This document shows positions 1 to 9,999 of a stretch of DNA of 64,000 nucleotides, in pieces (positions within the stretch are counted from its first letter, which is position 1; the number at the start of each line of letters is the position of its first letter). The notes beneath the pieces are model-generated. The model had not been told where the DNA came from, ran no database searches, and saw only the letters and a program-made list of their open reading frames with translations. A program made the position numbers and the translations under genes. The DNA comes from Bacteroidales bacterium. GTDB taxonomy: Bacteria; Bacteroidota; Bacteroidia; Bacteroidales; G963667975. Location: positions 3,671,866 to 3,735,865 of the forward strand of contig OY764079.1 of assembly GCA_963667975.1 (NCBI GenBank), given 5' to 3'.

Positions 1-860
1 AAGAGAAATTCTGTGTTTTCGAAATGTTTAATACCCAGTAAAGATAAAGCTATAGAGATAAGTAGAAAAAGAATAATAATATTCACACGTTTACGATAGG
101 CAATAGGCGATTCATTCAACTTACGCAGAATAAGAAAAAATCCTGGCAGAACAAAAAATCCCATAATACTGTAAAACAAAGTTTCGCTCCACAGCATAGG
201 AGGAAAATAAAGTTTTAACGATTGAAAGTAAAAGATGTATTGCTGTGATATATCCATTAGGGAGTTATTCAGATATGAAAAGCTAATCAAAAATAGCCAC
301 GGCGTAATCAATCCAATGATAGAAATCAGCCAATCTCTCCACAAAAACTGACGATAAACAATAAAAGAAAGCCAAATTAATGGGAAAAGTAAAATGGAAG
401 GAAGAAAAAACATTCCCGCCAATGAGAGTAAAAAACTACAATTGAATACATCAAGCAGTGCATCGCTTTGTTGATAAAATGCAAATATCCGCCCTAATGC
501 AATAATAATAAGAAAGTTTGAAAAGATCAAAGGCGTTAGCGTCTGATGGCTGGATGATGAACTCATCAGCATAAAATAGACCAATCCAACAAAAGATGAT
601 GTTCTGCTGAAAAGATCGTTCTTTGACAAGATTTCCTTAAACCAGAATGACTGAACCAGTAATAATAAAAAGCCGATCAATACATACAGAAAAGGAATCT
701 CTGAAAAGAGAATATAAAAAAAATCATAAAGTGGTGCCGGAGAATCCATCACAATCATCGGAGCTGGATGCACAAACGGACTGATCCACATTACAATAGC
801 CGCAATACCAAACAATATGTATTGTGCAATAAAATCTCTTTTGAAAATACTAACAATCAT
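1..860 (-). CDS. Multi-pass integral membrane protein, 5'-partial ORF running off the window start. It is not in the ORF track because there is no stop inside the window.
   Basis: ATG at 860-858 (minus) opens an uninterrupted frame to position 3, hand-translated MIVSIFKRDFIAQYILFGIAAIVMWIS...LLGIKHFENTEFL. It is highly hydrophobic with more than 8 predicted TM segments. Confidence 0.5.
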   Translation of the reverse strand, partial: MIVSIFKRDFIAQYILFGIAAIVMWISPFVHPAPMIVMDSPAPLYDFFYILFSEIPFLYVLIGFLLLLVQSFWFKEILSKNDLFSRTSSFVGLVYFMLMSSSSSHQTLTPLIFSNFLIIIALGRIFAFYQQSDALLDVFNCSFLLSLAGMFFLPSILLFPLIWLSFIVYRQFLWRDWLISIIGLITPWLFLISFSYLNNSLMDISQQYIFYFQSLKLYFPPMLWSETLFYSIMGFFVLPGFFLILRKLNESPIAYRKRVNIIILFLLISIALSLLGIKHFENTEFL

Positions 861-1010
861 CGTTTCTGTTTTACATGGCAAACCTACAACAAAAAAAGAA
901 ATTTGCCTGTACGAATGAAATGAATTCCATTTACTTCATCATAAAATTGAACTGAAGTCACCGAAAAAACTTCCATTATATTGTCACTGATCAATATCCG
1001 AAAAAATAAG

Positions 1011-1036
1011 AAAGGGAAGCAATAGCTTCCCTTTTG
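1011..1036 (-). terminator. Hairpin gggaagc-aata-gcttccc with T/A runs on both sides. It acts as a rho-independent terminator on the minus strand directly after the tRNA 3' fragment.
   Basis: 7-bp GC-rich stem. The minus-strand RNA reads ...GGGAAGCUAUUGCUUCCCUUUCUUAUUUUUU. Confidence 0.4.
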
Positions 1037-1040
1037 TTTG

Positions 1041-1063
1041 GCGGTCCGGACGGATTCTGAACC
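1041..1063 (-). repeat. Remnant copy of the tRNA-Asp 3' end (T-arm plus acceptor 3' half).
   Basis: gcggtccggacgg is 13/13 identical to 9576-9588. The following attctgaacc versus gactcgaaccc keeps the GAACC T-loop core. Confidence 0.5.
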
Positions 1064-1595
1064 AAACGCGCTATATCACTAATAATCAGTGAACTATTAT
1101 TTCAAATATCTGTATGGAGTATAAATTAGATTAGCATCATTTTCTGCTTTAATAATTGGCAGTTCTGGCAGTTATTGTCACCAATTTATCTACATAAAAC
1201 TCAGGTTGAAAGTTACGCATTCTTTTTCAATATCGAAGTAATGATTGCTAATATCTTAATACTAATGCAAGGTGCATCGCCTTTCCGTTCACTTGCTTTA
1301 GCGATATTACTCACAGACAGACAGAAGCAATTAAACTACAGTCTCCATAAAACTAAAGAGCGAGAACTGTTCTAAGGGCACTTATCTTGTTAATTATCAC
1401 TCATGTTCTTATCTCTTTTTCTCAATAATTCTTTCGTTTGTATCAATTCAAAATGATATCATCTCTCATCAAAATTACACTTCAGCCATGCTTTTCCACA
1501 CCCCGGATTCCAATTCATCCGTTTGGGTAAAACAGCACTAAAAAATGAAAAGATAAACGTAAAAACAGCCATACTTTTGCGTAAAAAAATAAGGT

Positions 1596-2693
1596 ATGAA
1601 GTATCTCATTCTTTTATCTATTACCAGCCTTCTGTCTAGCTGTACTCCAAATAAACAGCAAGAAAATAGCCAAACTCCTAACTTTCCGATCATCACTCTA
1701 CGGGAAGATTCCATAACATTATACGCAGAATTTCCGGCTCGTTTAGAAGGGATGGTAAATGTAAATATACGGTCACAGGTAGAAGGATATATTCGCGATA
1801 TTTTTGTAGAAGAAGGCGCTTATGTGAAAGCAGGACAAGCTCTGTTTAAAATTGATGACCGTTCTTACGTCGAACAAGTAAATACAGCAAGTGCCAACTT
1901 AAATGCAGCATTGGCTGCCCAGAAGAATGCGAAGCTGGAAGTAGAAAAATATACTCTGCTCAGCCAAAATAGCGTTACCTCAGATTTCCAGTTGCGAACA
2001 GCACAAGCCCAGCACGAAACAGCACAAGCTAATGTGGCGCAACAAAGAGCTGCATTAGAAGCCGCAAGGATAAATCTGGGTTTTACCCTGATAAAATCTC
2101 CGGTAAATGGTTTCATTGGTCGTATTCCGAAGCGTATTGGTAACCTTGCTTCAGCCAGTGACACGCAGCCTCTTACAACATTGTCGGAAATAAGCGATGT
2201 TTATGCTTATTTCTCTATGACTGAAAAAGAATTTCTTCGCTTCAATACTAGGTACAAAGGCAATAATTTAGGCCAGAAGATTAGTGCAACAGACAGTGTT
2301 TCCCTGAAACTGGCAGATGACAGCGATTATCCCTATCGGGGAAAAATACAAATGATTAACGGAGAATTCGAGGCGAGTACCGGTGCAATCAGTGTCCGTG
2401 CTTCGTTTAAAAATCCACAATACCTGCTCAGGACCGGAAATACGGGTCGCATCATACTCCCTTATCCCGAAAAGCAGGTACTACTGGTTCCTGTACTCTC
2501 CACACTCGATATACAGGACAAGATATTTGTTGTCCGCCTGAACAAAGAAAATAAATCCGAACGTGTGGCGATTACCGTCAGCCACAAACAAGGTGATTAT
2601 TATATCGTAAAATCGGGTCTTCGCCTTGGCGACCGGATTGTAAGTCGCGATTTAGAGACAATAGAAGAGGGCACTATCATTCAACCGCAATAA
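1596..2693 (+). CDS. RND efflux periplasmic adaptor (membrane fusion protein, AcrA/MexA-like), lipoprotein.
   Basis: Lipobox LLSSC. Coiled-coil hairpin region (AALAAQKNAKLEVEKY...AQANVAQQRAALEAARINL). It lies immediately upstream of the RND permease. Confidence 0.9.
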   Translation: MKYLILLSITSLLSSCTPNKQQENSQTPNFPIITLREDSITLYAEFPARLEGMVNVNIRSQVEGYIRDIFVEEGAYVKAGQALFKIDDRSYVEQVNTASANLNAALAAQKNAKLEVEKYTLLSQNSVTSDFQLRTAQAQHETAQANVAQQRAALEAARINLGFTLIKSPVNGFIGRIPKRIGNLASASDTQPLTTLSEISDVYAYFSMTEKEFLRFNTRYKGNNLGQKISATDSVSLKLADDSDYPYRGKIQMINGEFEASTGAISVRASFKNPQYLLRTGNTGRIILPYPEKQVLLVPVLSTLDIQDKIFVVRLNKENKSERVAITVSHKQGDYYIVKSGLRLGDRIVSRDLETIEEGTIIQPQ

Positions 2694-2694
2694 T

Positions 2695-5600
2695 ATGTTA
2701 CAAAAAATAATAAACAGGCCTGTTTTGTCCACAGTCATTTCTGTCATCTTAGTATTATTAGGCCTAATCAGTCTGTCACGATTACCCAGTACTCAATTCC
2801 CCGACATTGCCCCGCCTACCATTAATGTTTCAGGAGCTTATCCCGGTGGTAACAGCGAGAGTGTCACCCGATCTGTTATTATTCCGTTGGAGGAAGCAAT
2901 AAATGGAGTAGAAGGAATGGAGTATATCAATTCTACTGCCGGGAATGATGGCAATTTCTCCATTACGGTGGTATTTAAGCTGGGAACCAACCCCGATCAG
3001 GCTGCCGTAGATGTACAAAATCGAGTTGCACAGGCAAATAGCCTGATGCCGCCCGAAGTATTACAAACAGGTATTACTACTTCAAAACAGCAGAATAGTA
3101 ATATCATGACGTTCAATATTGTAAGCAACGATGCCGCAAAATATGATGAGCTGTTTCTTCAGAACTATGCCAATATAAATTTAGTGCCGGCGCTCAAAAG
3201 AATTCAGGGTATCGGTAATATTATGATATTCGGAGTAAAGGACTATTCTATGCGTGTTTGGTTAGACCCGCAAAAACTGACCGTCAATGATCTTGTGCCA
3301 AGTGATATTGATAGAGCAATCCAAAATGCCAGTTTTGAGGCATCTCCCGGGAGATTTGGTGCAGAATCAAAGGCTCCCATGCAGTACACCATGAAATACA
3401 AAGGAAAGCTGAATGATCCCACCGAGTTTGAAAGAATAGTATTGAAAGCTAACCCGAATGGTTCTATGCTACGTTTAAATGATGTGGCAAGAGTCGAATT
3501 CGGAGCCTCGTTTTATGACAGCGATAATAAACAAGATGGAATGCCAGCCGTAACACTAATGATACAACAAATTAGTGGTTCTAATGCGAATAAAATAGAG
3601 ACAGAAGTCAGAGCCTCTCTTAATCAGTTGTCTCAAAGTTTTCCGACCAGTATTACGTACAACATTATTCAAAGTGCCAAAGAACGTTTAGATAAATCCA
3701 TTGAACAGGTAATAAAAACATTGATTGAAGCATTTATATTGGTAATACTTGTAGTTTTTATCTTCCTGCAGGATTTTCGTTCCACATTGATACCGGCCAT
3801 AGCAGTTCCGGTATCTATTATAGGAACATTCTTTTTCCTGCAGCTTACAGGATTTTCGATAAATGTTTTGACTCTGTTTGCTTTGGTTTTAGCAATTGGA
3901 ATTGTTGTCGATGATGCAATAGTTGTCGTCGAAGCGGTTCATACAAAGATAATAGAAGAAAGTATGGATGGCAAGGAAGCTACAAAAACAGCCATGAGCG
4001 AAATATCGGGAGCCATTGTTTCTATAACACTGGTAATGTGCGCGGTATTTTTGCCCATTGGGTTTATGGAAGGCCCCGCCGGAATATTTTACAAACAATT
4101 TGCATTTACCCTTGTATTTGCAATTCTTATATCGGCTGTAAACGCCCTTACCTTGAGCCCTGCTTTATGTGCACTAATTTTAAAGCCTCATGAAAAGAGA
4201 GGAACAGACGGATTCGGTTTTAAGGAACGTTTCTTTTATGCATTTAATACAGAATTTAAACATACGACAAATAAATATCTGGGTATTATTAATTTCTCCG
4301 TTAAGCATAAATGGTTTAGTGCAGTAACTCTTAGTTTGATAACGATTATTGCTTTCTGGATGATGATCAGTGCCCCTAAAGACTTTGTTCCTTCTGAAGA
4401 TGACAGTTTTATCACTTATTCTCTATCTCTCCCAGCAGGTACAAACCTGCAATATACAACTGCTGTTATCAACCGGATTGATAGTGCTATTCGTATAATG
4501 CCCGAAACTTATTCAGTTACAAGTGTATCTGGTTTTAATATGCTTAGTAATAGTTCTGGACCTTCTTATGCAATGGGTTTTATACGTCTTAAGGACAAAA
4601 AAGAGCGAGGAGAAATAAAGGATATGGACAGGATCATTGAAGCGATGACCACAAGATTAGATAAAGTGAAGTCAGGAGAATTAAGTTTGTTCCGCAGTCC
4701 TCCGGTAGATGGTTTTGGTAGTGTTAGCGGAGCGGAACTTATTCTTCAGGATAAAACAGGAGGAAATTTAGATAAGTTCAACAAAATCACCCAAGACCTG
4801 ATCAGCGAACTCAATAAAGAGCCCTCTATATCTGGAGCTTTCACAACATTCCGAAGCGATTTTCCCCAATTCGAGGTAGAGGTGGATGAAGATAAAGCTT
4901 ATCAACTGGGCACTACGCCAAAAGATGTATTGAATACCTTACAATTGTTTTATGGAGGAAGCCAGGCAGGAGATTTTATTCGTTTCGGAAAACTTTATAG
5001 AATTAATATCAAGGCTGAAGGACAATATAGAATGGATGAAAGTTCTTTAGCGCAGGTGTATGTGAAAGGTCTAACGGGGAATATGATTCCGATAAATACC
5101 TTGGTAAAACTTAAAAAAGTATATGGACCGGAATCGCTAAGTCGGTATAATCTTTTTAATAGCATAACAGTCAATTTACTGCCATCGAAAGGTTCTGGAA
5201 ATGGAGCTTTGATAGAAGCTGCCGAAAAAGTCATAAAAAAAGAACTGCCGACAGGTTATGGTTACGAGTGGAGCGGACTGAGTAGAGAGGAAAAACGTTC
5301 CGGAGAACAGATATTTTTAATTTTCGGATTATGTATTCTTTTCACCTATTTTATATTGGCTGCTCAGTATGAAAGCTATATTCTTCCGTTAGCCGTTCTG
5401 TTATCGGTTCCAACCGGGCTGTTTGGTGTTTTTCTGGCAATAAAAATGGCAGGAATAACAAATAATATTTACGTACAAATTGGACTTATCATGTTAATCG
5501 GTCTTTTGGCCAAGAACGCAATACTGATCGTAGAATTTGCCATTCAGGCACGTAAAAAAGACGTACCCATTGTAGCATCTGCCATCGAAGGAGCGCGCCA

Positions 5601-5823
5601 GCGTTTCCGTCCTATATTAATGACCTCATTGGCTTTTATTATAGGCTTGGTGCCACTAACATTTGCAACAGGTACTGCTGCCGTAGGCAACCATTCTATC
5701 AGTGTAGGAGCTATTGGAGGGATGCTGAGCGGAGTTATTTTGGGGGTATTGTTTATCCCCGTTTTATACATTCTATTTCAATCATTGCATGAGAAAATTT
5801 CAGGAACGAAAAATACGATTTAA
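2695..5823 (+). CDS. RND multidrug efflux permease (HAE1 / AcrB family), 1042 aa.
   Basis: 12-TM architecture with two large periplasmic loops and typical size. Conserved motifs such as AIGIVVDDAIVVVE. 1 bp from the adaptor stop. Confidence 0.95.
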   Translation: MLQKIINRPVLSTVISVILVLLGLISLSRLPSTQFPDIAPPTINVSGAYPGGNSESVTRSVIIPLEEAINGVEGMEYINSTAGNDGNFSITVVFKLGTNPDQAAVDVQNRVAQANSLMPPEVLQTGITTSKQQNSNIMTFNIVSNDAAKYDELFLQNYANINLVPALKRIQGIGNIMIFGVKDYSMRVWLDPQKLTVNDLVPSDIDRAIQNASFEASPGRFGAESKAPMQYTMKYKGKLNDPTEFERIVLKANPNGSMLRLNDVARVEFGASFYDSDNKQDGMPAVTLMIQQISGSNANKIETEVRASLNQLSQSFPTSITYNIIQSAKERLDKSIEQVIKTLIEAFILVILVVFIFLQDFRSTLIPAIAVPVSIIGTFFFLQLTGFSINVLTLFALVLAIGIVVDDAIVVVEAVHTKIIEESMDGKEATKTAMSEISGAIVSITLVMCAVFLPIGFMEGPAGIFYKQFAFTLVFAILISAVNALTLSPALCALILKPHEKRGTDGFGFKERFFYAFNTEFKHTTNKYLGIINFSVKHKWFSAVTLSLITIIAFWMMISAPKDFVPSEDDSFITYSLSLPAGTNLQYTTAVINRIDSAIRIMPETYSVTSVSGFNMLSNSSGPSYAMGFIRLKDKKERGEIKDMDRIIEAMTTRLDKVKSGELSLFRSPPVDGFGSVSGAELILQDKTGGNLDKFNKITQDLISELNKEPSISGAFTTFRSDFPQFEVEVDEDKAYQLGTTPKDVLNTLQLFYGGSQAGDFIRFGKLYRINIKAEGQYRMDESSLAQVYVKGLTGNMIPINTLVKLKKVYGPESLSRYNLFNSITVNLLPSKGSGNGALIEAAEKVIKKELPTGYGYEWSGLSREEKRSGEQIFLIFGLCILFTYFILAAQYESYILPLAVLLSVPTGLFGVFLAIKMAGITNNIYVQIGLIMLIGLLAKNAILIVEFAIQARKKDVPIVASAIEGARQRFRPILMTSLAFIIGLVPLTFATGTAAVGNHSISVGAIGGMLSGVILGVLFIPVLYILFQSLHEKISGTKNTI

Positions 5824-5847
5824 TGTCAATTAATCACAAGTAATAAA

Positions 5848-7248
5848 ATGAAGTTTCTTAAATATACATATATAGTTTTTGTTTCCTTGTTGCTAACATC
5901 CTGCTTGATAAGTAAAAAGTACCAACGACCAAACCTTAATTTGCCGGGGCAGTATAGGAACGTGAAAAACAGCATACCGCAAACTCAGGACATACTGATG
6001 CATCAGCCTCGTTCTTTTTTTAAAAATACGATATTATTGCAATTACTGGATAGTGCATTCTTAAAAAATAGTGACTTACTACTTGCCGTACAAAATATAG
6101 CACTGGCGGAAAAGACTTTAAGTATGGTAAAGCTGAACTATCTGCCGGAACTTAATGCACAAATGAACGTAAGCTATAACAAAGTATCAGAAAACAGTCT
6201 GACCGGACAGTCTGGCGGACAGCGAGAGACGAAGGATTTTAATCTTTCGGCCGGATTAAGCTGGGAAGTTGACATCTGGGGAAAAATAAAGAATGAGAAA
6301 AAAGAAGCTTTAGCTAACTATTTGAAAACGGATGAAGTTCGCAAGGCTGTACAAACCAAGTTAGTGGCAGATATAGCCAAAGGGTATTATAATCTTTTAA
6401 TGTTGGACGAGCAGTTGAATATAGCGAATAAAAGCATGGAATTAAGTGACAGTACTTTGCAGATAATGAAAATACAATATCAGGTAGGAGATGCTAATAT
6501 ATTGGGAGTAAAACAAGTAGAAGCCCAGCTAGAAGGAAACAAAATGCTTGTATCTCAAATTGAGCAGAGTATAAGTTTGCAAGAAAATGCTTTGAGCGTG
6601 TTGTGCGGAAATTATGCAGGTCCTGTTAGTCGGAAATTGGAAGACAATGGGGAATTCGACTCCACTCCATCCGAAGGTTATCCGGCATCCTTACTTTCCT
6701 CACGTCCGGACATCAAGGCTGCCGAACTATCCTTGCAGGCGGCCAATGCCCGGGTTGGCCTACAGCAGGCGGCGATGTATCCGAGTATCAACATTTCCCC
6801 TTCTGGAGGTTTCAACAGCCTGACTTCTTCAAACTGGTTCTCTGTTCCCGCATCCCTTTTCGGAACGGCAGCGGGAGGAATAACCCAACCAATATTTAAC
6901 AGAAGGAAACTGAGAACGCAGTACGAACAAGCGCTCATTGAAAGAGAAAAAGAGGTTATTATATTTCGGCAGGCTGTTCTCGAAGGGTATGCACAAGTCT
7001 CTGATGCTCTGAAAAATAAAGAAGAAATAGAAAAACAATTTATCTTTGCGCTAAATAAAGAAAAGGTATTGAAGGATAATATATCTTCCATTAAGGTGTT
7101 ATTTGCTACAGGAGCAGCTAATTATCTGGATATAATAACTGTACAGTCAGCATATTTAGAGGCTAGGTTGCAGTCTGCGAAGCTATCAATGGAAAAAGTA
7201 CAGGCAAACGTAGAACTGTTTTGTGCTTTGGGTGGTGGATGGCAATAA
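5848..7248 (+). CDS. Efflux outer membrane factor (TolC/NodT family) lipoprotein.
   Basis: Signal plus lipobox LLTSC. Two tandem alpha-helical/beta repeats. Terminal position of a tripartite RND operon. Confidence 0.9.
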   Translation: MKFLKYTYIVFVSLLLTSCLISKKYQRPNLNLPGQYRNVKNSIPQTQDILMHQPRSFFKNTILLQLLDSAFLKNSDLLLAVQNIALAEKTLSMVKLNYLPELNAQMNVSYNKVSENSLTGQSGGQRETKDFNLSAGLSWEVDIWGKIKNEKKEALANYLKTDEVRKAVQTKLVADIAKGYYNLLMLDEQLNIANKSMELSDSTLQIMKIQYQVGDANILGVKQVEAQLEGNKMLVSQIEQSISLQENALSVLCGNYAGPVSRKLEDNGEFDSTPSEGYPASLLSSRPDIKAAELSLQAANARVGLQQAAMYPSINISPSGGFNSLTSSNWFSVPASLFGTAAGGITQPIFNRRKLRTQYEQALIEREKEVIIFRQAVLEGYAQVSDALKNKEEIEKQFIFALNKEKVLKDNISSIKVLFATGAANYLDIITVQSAYLEARLQSAKLSMEKVQANVELFCALGGGWQ

Positions 7249-7261
7249 CGAAACTGAAAAG

Positions 7262-8353
7262 ATGGAAACGGGGAAACAAAAGTATAACTGGAAATTACGA
7301 ATGGGGCTTAGCGCTTTTGTCCTGTTTACTGTTTATGCGATTAATTTTATTTTAAATCCTTACGCTTCAACTTGGACAGAGCTATTGAGCTGTAGCAAAT
7401 TTGAACTTGCCTTTGATCTTTTATTGACCTTTCTGTTCTGCTGGTTAATTATCGAAGCAAGTATCGGAATATCAAAATGGTTGGAACATTTCCTGCAATG
7501 GACTCGTTCTCCATTAATTCGTTTCCTGGTGCAAACCATACTTATTATTGCCTCCACATTACTTCTTTTATTCCTTCAGGGGCAAATATATGAATGGATA
7601 TTTGGCGATATGCCCCTGACACAGCAAGAGTTTCTGGAAACATGGCAGTTCTTTGTTGTTATAATTATCGTGTCTTTATTCGTCAGTGCAGTACACACCG
7701 GACATTATTTGTTGAACAGGTGGAAAGATTCCATTTCTGAAGCAAAGGATTTGCAATTAAAAGCAATGGAATTGAAAGAGATAGCCATGCAGTCCGAATT
7801 GCAATCATTGAAAATGCAGCTTGACCCTCATTTCATGTTCAATAATTTTAGCACCCTTTCAGAACTTATAAATGAAGACAGGGAAACGGCAACCCGTTTT
7901 TTGGAAAACCTTTCCCGCGTTTACAGGTATATGATACAGAACTTAAAAAAAGACATTATCTCCCTGAGTGATGAAGTAGCGTTTGTGAAAGCATACTGCT
8001 ACCTTATCCATATACGCCATGCTGATAATGTGCAGGTTGTCTTTGACCTGAATGAAGAATCCCTGGATTTATATATCCCCCCGATTTCATTGCAATTACT
8101 GGTTGAGAATGCCATTAAGCACAATATTGCCACCAAAGAACAGCCACTGATTATAACAATAACATCGAACGACAGACAAAAAATAAAAGTATGCAATAAC
8201 CTGCAGCGGATTTCCAGTGCCTTCCCCGCAACAGGAATCGGACTGAAAAACATCATCGACCGATACCGTATTTTGACCGAAGAGCAATTGCCCGTGATTG
8301 AAGAAACTTCTGCTCGTTTTTGTGCTACTTTACCTTTACTCAATAACATGTGA
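7262..8353 (+). CDS. Sensor histidine kinase, LytS/YehU type (membrane sensor plus His_kinase plus HATPase).
   Basis: N-terminal TM helices. H-box-like HFMFNNFSTLSELI. N-box LLVENAIKHN. G-box TGIGLKN. The ORF extends upstream to 7223 and overlaps the OMF gene end; ATG 7262 was chosen as the start. Confidence 0.85.
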   Translation: METGKQKYNWKLRMGLSAFVLFTVYAINFILNPYASTWTELLSCSKFELAFDLLLTFLFCWLIIEASIGISKWLEHFLQWTRSPLIRFLVQTILIIASTLLLLFLQGQIYEWIFGDMPLTQQEFLETWQFFVVIIIVSLFVSAVHTGHYLLNRWKDSISEAKDLQLKAMELKEIAMQSELQSLKMQLDPHFMFNNFSTLSELINEDRETATRFLENLSRVYRYMIQNLKKDIISLSDEVAFVKAYCYLIHIRHADNVQVVFDLNEESLDLYIPPISLQLLVENAIKHNIATKEQPLIITITSNDRQKIKVCNNLQRISSAFPATGIGLKNIIDRYRILTEEQLPVIEETSARFCATLPLLNNM

Positions 8354-8448
8354 GGTGATGAAACGAGCATGTTTATAAAAACACCAATGAATATGATAAT
8401 GGTGTCATGCGAGTTCTATCTGGCAATTAAAAATCAAATTATAGACAG

Positions 8449-9207
8449 ATGAAAATACTGATTATAGAAGATGAAAAGCATAATGCTTCCAGATTACAAC
8501 GTTTGTTGACTGAGATTTCATCTGAATTTGAAATTGTAGGAGTATTGGAAACTGTCAGAGAAAGCGTATCCTGGCTGGAAAAAAGAGCGGCTCCTGATGT
8601 CATCCTGATGGATATTCGTTTATCGGATGGTTTGAGTTTTGATATATTCGATAAAGTGGTTGTTGTTAGTCCGGTTATCTTTACTACCAGCTATGATGAA
8701 TATGCAGTCAGGGCATTCAAGGTAAACAGTATCGACTATCTGTTGAAACCAATTGAAAAAGAGGAGCTGGAAGCGGCCCTGGAAAAAGTAGATATAGAAA
8801 GGAAAAAGAGCATCTCCAGTTTGGAATTAGAGCAATTGCTGCATCTTTTCAGGGAAAAATTGCCTGTTTTCCGAAAAAGGGTTCTGTTGCCCAGAGCAAA
8901 TGGATATAAAACTTTAGCCGTAGGCGAAATAGGCTACATTTTTACCGAACAGAAAATCACTTACCTCGTTACCCGTGACGGGAACAGCGAAATATTGGGA
9001 CAAACAATGGATGAACTGGAGGACGAATTAGACCCGGATGTATTTTTCAGGGCAAACCGGCAGTTCATTATCCATATTGATAATGTGGGTATGATACAGA
9101 ATGATCTAAATGGGAAGCTGAAAGTTGTCTTAAAGCATGACCATACAGTAGAAATTATTGTAAGCAGAGAAAAATCTTCTTTGATAAAAAAATGGTTAGA
9201 TAGGTAG
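8449..9207 (+). CDS. LytTR-family response regulator (REC plus LytTR DNA-binding domain).
   Basis: MKILIIEDE...DVILMDIRLSDG receiver motifs. C-terminal LytTR beta-rich domain. Confidence 0.9.
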   Translation: MKILIIEDEKHNASRLQRLLTEISSEFEIVGVLETVRESVSWLEKRAAPDVILMDIRLSDGLSFDIFDKVVVVSPVIFTTSYDEYAVRAFKVNSIDYLLKPIEKEELEAALEKVDIERKKSISSLELEQLLHLFREKLPVFRKRVLLPRANGYKTLAVGEIGYIFTEQKITYLVTRDGNSEILGQTMDELEDELDPDVFFRANRQFIIHIDNVGMIQNDLNGKLKVVLKHDHTVEIIVSREKSSLIKKWLDR

Positions 9208-9527
9208 GTAGGAACTAAGGCAGATGAATTATGATACGGATTGAAACAGAACGATTAATAATAAGAACTTCTCAGGAAAGTGTTGAAAAACAGTTGAGAT
9301 ATACTAAATGTGTTATTCTAATTCTAATATCTCAAGTAACAGCACGTTAATAGGCCTACTATGTCTATTTTTATAAATTAAAAAACAGGGCATAATTTAG
9401 ACAAATAATGAGGTACAGTGCAGGTGCTAAAATTTCCATAAAATACGTCCTAAAAGCGAAATATTAAATTTGTAATACATTGACAAACAGAAAGATAATT
9501 AGAAAAAAATTGAATCCTTTTAGGATA

Positions 9528-9566
9528 TTAAAAAACCCTTGACAATTTACTTATTATCAAGGGTTT
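9528..9566 (-). terminator. Rho-independent terminator of tRNA-Asp (minus strand).
   Basis: aacccttga...tcaagggtt 9-bp stem, followed on the minus strand by UUUUUU. Confidence 0.5.
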
Positions 9567-9576
9567 ATACTCTCTG

Positions 9577-9651
9577 CGGTCCGGACGGGACTCGAACCCG
9601 CGACCCCATGCGTGACAGGCATGTATTCTAACCAAACTGAACTACCGAACC
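9577..9651 (-). tRNA. tRNA-Asp (anticodon GTC).
   Basis: Minus-strand sequence GGTTCGGTAGTTCAGTTTGGTTAGAATACATGCCTGTCACGCATGGGGTCGCGGGTTCGAGTCCCGTCCGGACCG. Cloverleaf with 7-bp acceptor stem, anticodon loop CTGTCAC, T-loop TTCGAGT. CCA is not encoded. Confidence 0.9.
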
Positions 9652-9999
9652 ATGTCGCTTTGATGATGCAAAAGTACATCAATTTTTGACATCTCCAAAT
9701 GTTTCCTCGCTTTTTTGTCATATTTTTTTATTCTCTTTTCTTTCCGCTTTCTCCTTCAATATTTTAGAACCTAAAAAAAAAATACACATCCAGTATTCAC
9801 AAGGCTTCAACCAAATATTTCCAACTCTATCAAACTTTTTCGCCCCCTTACTTGTCCTATAATTGTTACTATTTCCTAAAATATTTCTGGTACGCAATTT
9901 GTAAAGAAATAATTCATAAAAATAAATGACCTGAAAATATAATTTTCTAAATTTGTAACGTTATTCATTTCTTAGAAAAAGAACCTAAAACAAATAAAC

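Noticed and set aside
1175-1375. 66-aa ORF in the 860-1596 intergenic region.
   Set aside because: It has no start context or conservation signal and a hydrophobic, low-complexity product. The region more likely holds divergent promoters.
1865-2164. 99-aa antisense ORF inside the RND adaptor gene. Similar antisense ORFs lie inside the permease, the OMF and most other large genes (for example 2830-3018, 6678-7091, 12640-12939, 32309-32713).
   Set aside because: They are embedded within well-supported longer genes on the opposite strand. They have Cys/Arg/Ser-rich low-complexity translations typical of antisense frames.
860-9577. Calling the 1041-9576 segment an intact integrative element.
   Set aside because: No integrase, excisionase or mobilisation gene is present. 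Only the tRNA 3' end direct repeat supports it. It is reported as a possible decayed island, not as a mobile element feature.
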